A stretch of 55,166 bases of DNA, from the NCBI RefSeq assembly GCF_001194135.2, contig NC_068987.1, positions 15,172,522 to 15,227,687 of the forward strand. The letters are read 5' to 3'. The position numbers and the translations under genes are program-made. Positions 53,547 through 55,166 of this stretch are shown here, piece by piece. Below the pieces are notes generated by a model that saw only the letters and a list, made by a program, of their open reading frames with translations, was not told where the DNA came from and made no database searches. This DNA is from Octopus bimaculoides. Lineage: Eukaryota. Numbering within the stretch: the stretch's first letter is position 1; every line of letters starts with the position of its first letter.

Positions 53547-55166
53547 TATATATGTATATATATATATGCACACATATAGATAGATAAGAATCAGAACAAC
53601 TCTTAGCCATGGGGAAGCACTTATCTAATGACTGACAAGGGAAACAAGCTCCCTACTGTAAGTGAGACAGAACTAGATCATTGATGATTTCAGATTTGAT
53701 TATTCCTCATCAGTGACTGTTACCCAGTTGCCGAGGGTTAAACGGTGGACGGACAGATGGACAGGCAGACATTTAGATAATCTTTATATAAATATATTTG
53801 AAGTTTACAGATAAAGACAGACATGCAAAATATGAGTATTAGAGGGACAGTAAAATACTGCTTAAAATGTTTAGCAAATATAAAAAAAGACTTAAGGTGT
53901 ACATTTATGAAACTACTTTACTAACTTACATCCAGAATAATATAAATACAAAATACATATATGTGTAAATATAGTTTTCAAATTTATCTCTCATCTTCTG
54001 GACACCTTATTGTTCACTCATTTATATATTGTTTTTATTTTAATTAATATATATCATTCATTTTTTTTCTGTGAGCAAATTAAATCTTACCTTATTGCAA
54101 TCTTCTGTTCAGCTTACCTTATCATTCACAACTTTGAGAAAAGTTAACTGAGGCAATATAAATAAAAACAAATGTTTACACCCTTTAAATTCCTTTGTTG
54201 GAATACAATAGATAAAAAAGATAAAGAGACTGTAAAGTTGTAAGATTACTAGAAGAAAGAGGTGTACCATAAATAATGTTATTGGAAAGAATATATCTAA
54301 CTGTTGGAGCATAGCATTACTTATACCAGTATCAAGTAAGCAACAAATCTATGATAAACACTATCAAATTTATCTATCATACTACTAATTATTCAATTAC
54401 TGACATATAATGACCTCTGGTTTGTAAACTTTGTGTTATCAGCTTTCCTACATGTTCTACGACAATGAAATAAAAATGGATATTTGTGTAGGTGAATGTA
54501 AAATGTGTACAAAAGTATGTGTTTTTTTATCTTTTTATATGTTTCAGATCTAGGACTGTATCCATGTTAGGTCACCACCAGTGTAATCACATTTTTCAAT
54601 AGACAATTTTATGCTGCCCTCTTTTGAGTTTCCTGCTTTGATATAGGTTCATCTGGGGCCTTGGATAACAGGAGGTTATATCTAAGTATTTACAAATATC
54701 ATAACCATGTCTGACTTTTTTCATACTTTTTATTTCCTTTTCCTTTTCAGAACTTAGATTAATATGGGGAAATTACCCATGGAAAAATTAACAACTGAAC
54801 AAAGAACCAAAATCGAGGAATATCATTTTGGATTTAACCAGTCTATCACTTACATGCAAAAAGGAAACTGGTTTTAAATTTTAACACTAGGCAAGCAATT
54901 TCGTGGGAAGAGTTAAGTCGATTACATCAAACACCTGTGCTCATCTTATTTTACTGACCCCCAAAAGGATGAAAGGGAAAACCAACCTTTGTGGAGTTTG
55001 AACTCAGAATATAAAGGTAGTTTAGATACCACTAAGCATTTTGCCCAGAATGCAAACGATTCTGTAAGCTTGCCACCTTCAGCCCAAAGAGAAATATTAA
55101 TGATGTTTCAGTGTCAAAAAATCATCATCATCATCATCATCATCGTTTAACGTCCGCTTTCCATGC

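Overview
AT-rich, repeat-dense animal genomic DNA with eight N-gaps. The SINE, microsatellite and mariner complement points to a coleoid cephalopod, most likely Octopus (inference from recalled repeat families, not a database hit). The only host genes I can support are two tandem minus-strand fatty-acid amide hydrolase (FAAH / amidase-signature) paralogs. Paralog B is complete (33051-51032): 17 hand-assembled GT-AG coding exons, 1770 nt = 589 aa + stop, N-terminal TM helix and intact Lys157-Ser233-Ser257 triad. Paralog A is partial (coding exons 1-5 at 434-6231; the rest runs off the left edge) and 140/188 aa identical to B. The ~27 kb between them and the introns hold defective mariners, hAT/Tc1/Merlin-like MITEs (some carrying inverted TTAGGG arrays), several tRNA-derived SINE families, RTE-LINE fragments, a mini-Helitron and an orphan SAP-domain cassette beside a symmetric, bidirectional-promoter-like sequence. 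No rRNA, true tRNA or CRISPR array was found. All exon boundaries were derived by eye and need RNA-seq confirmation.
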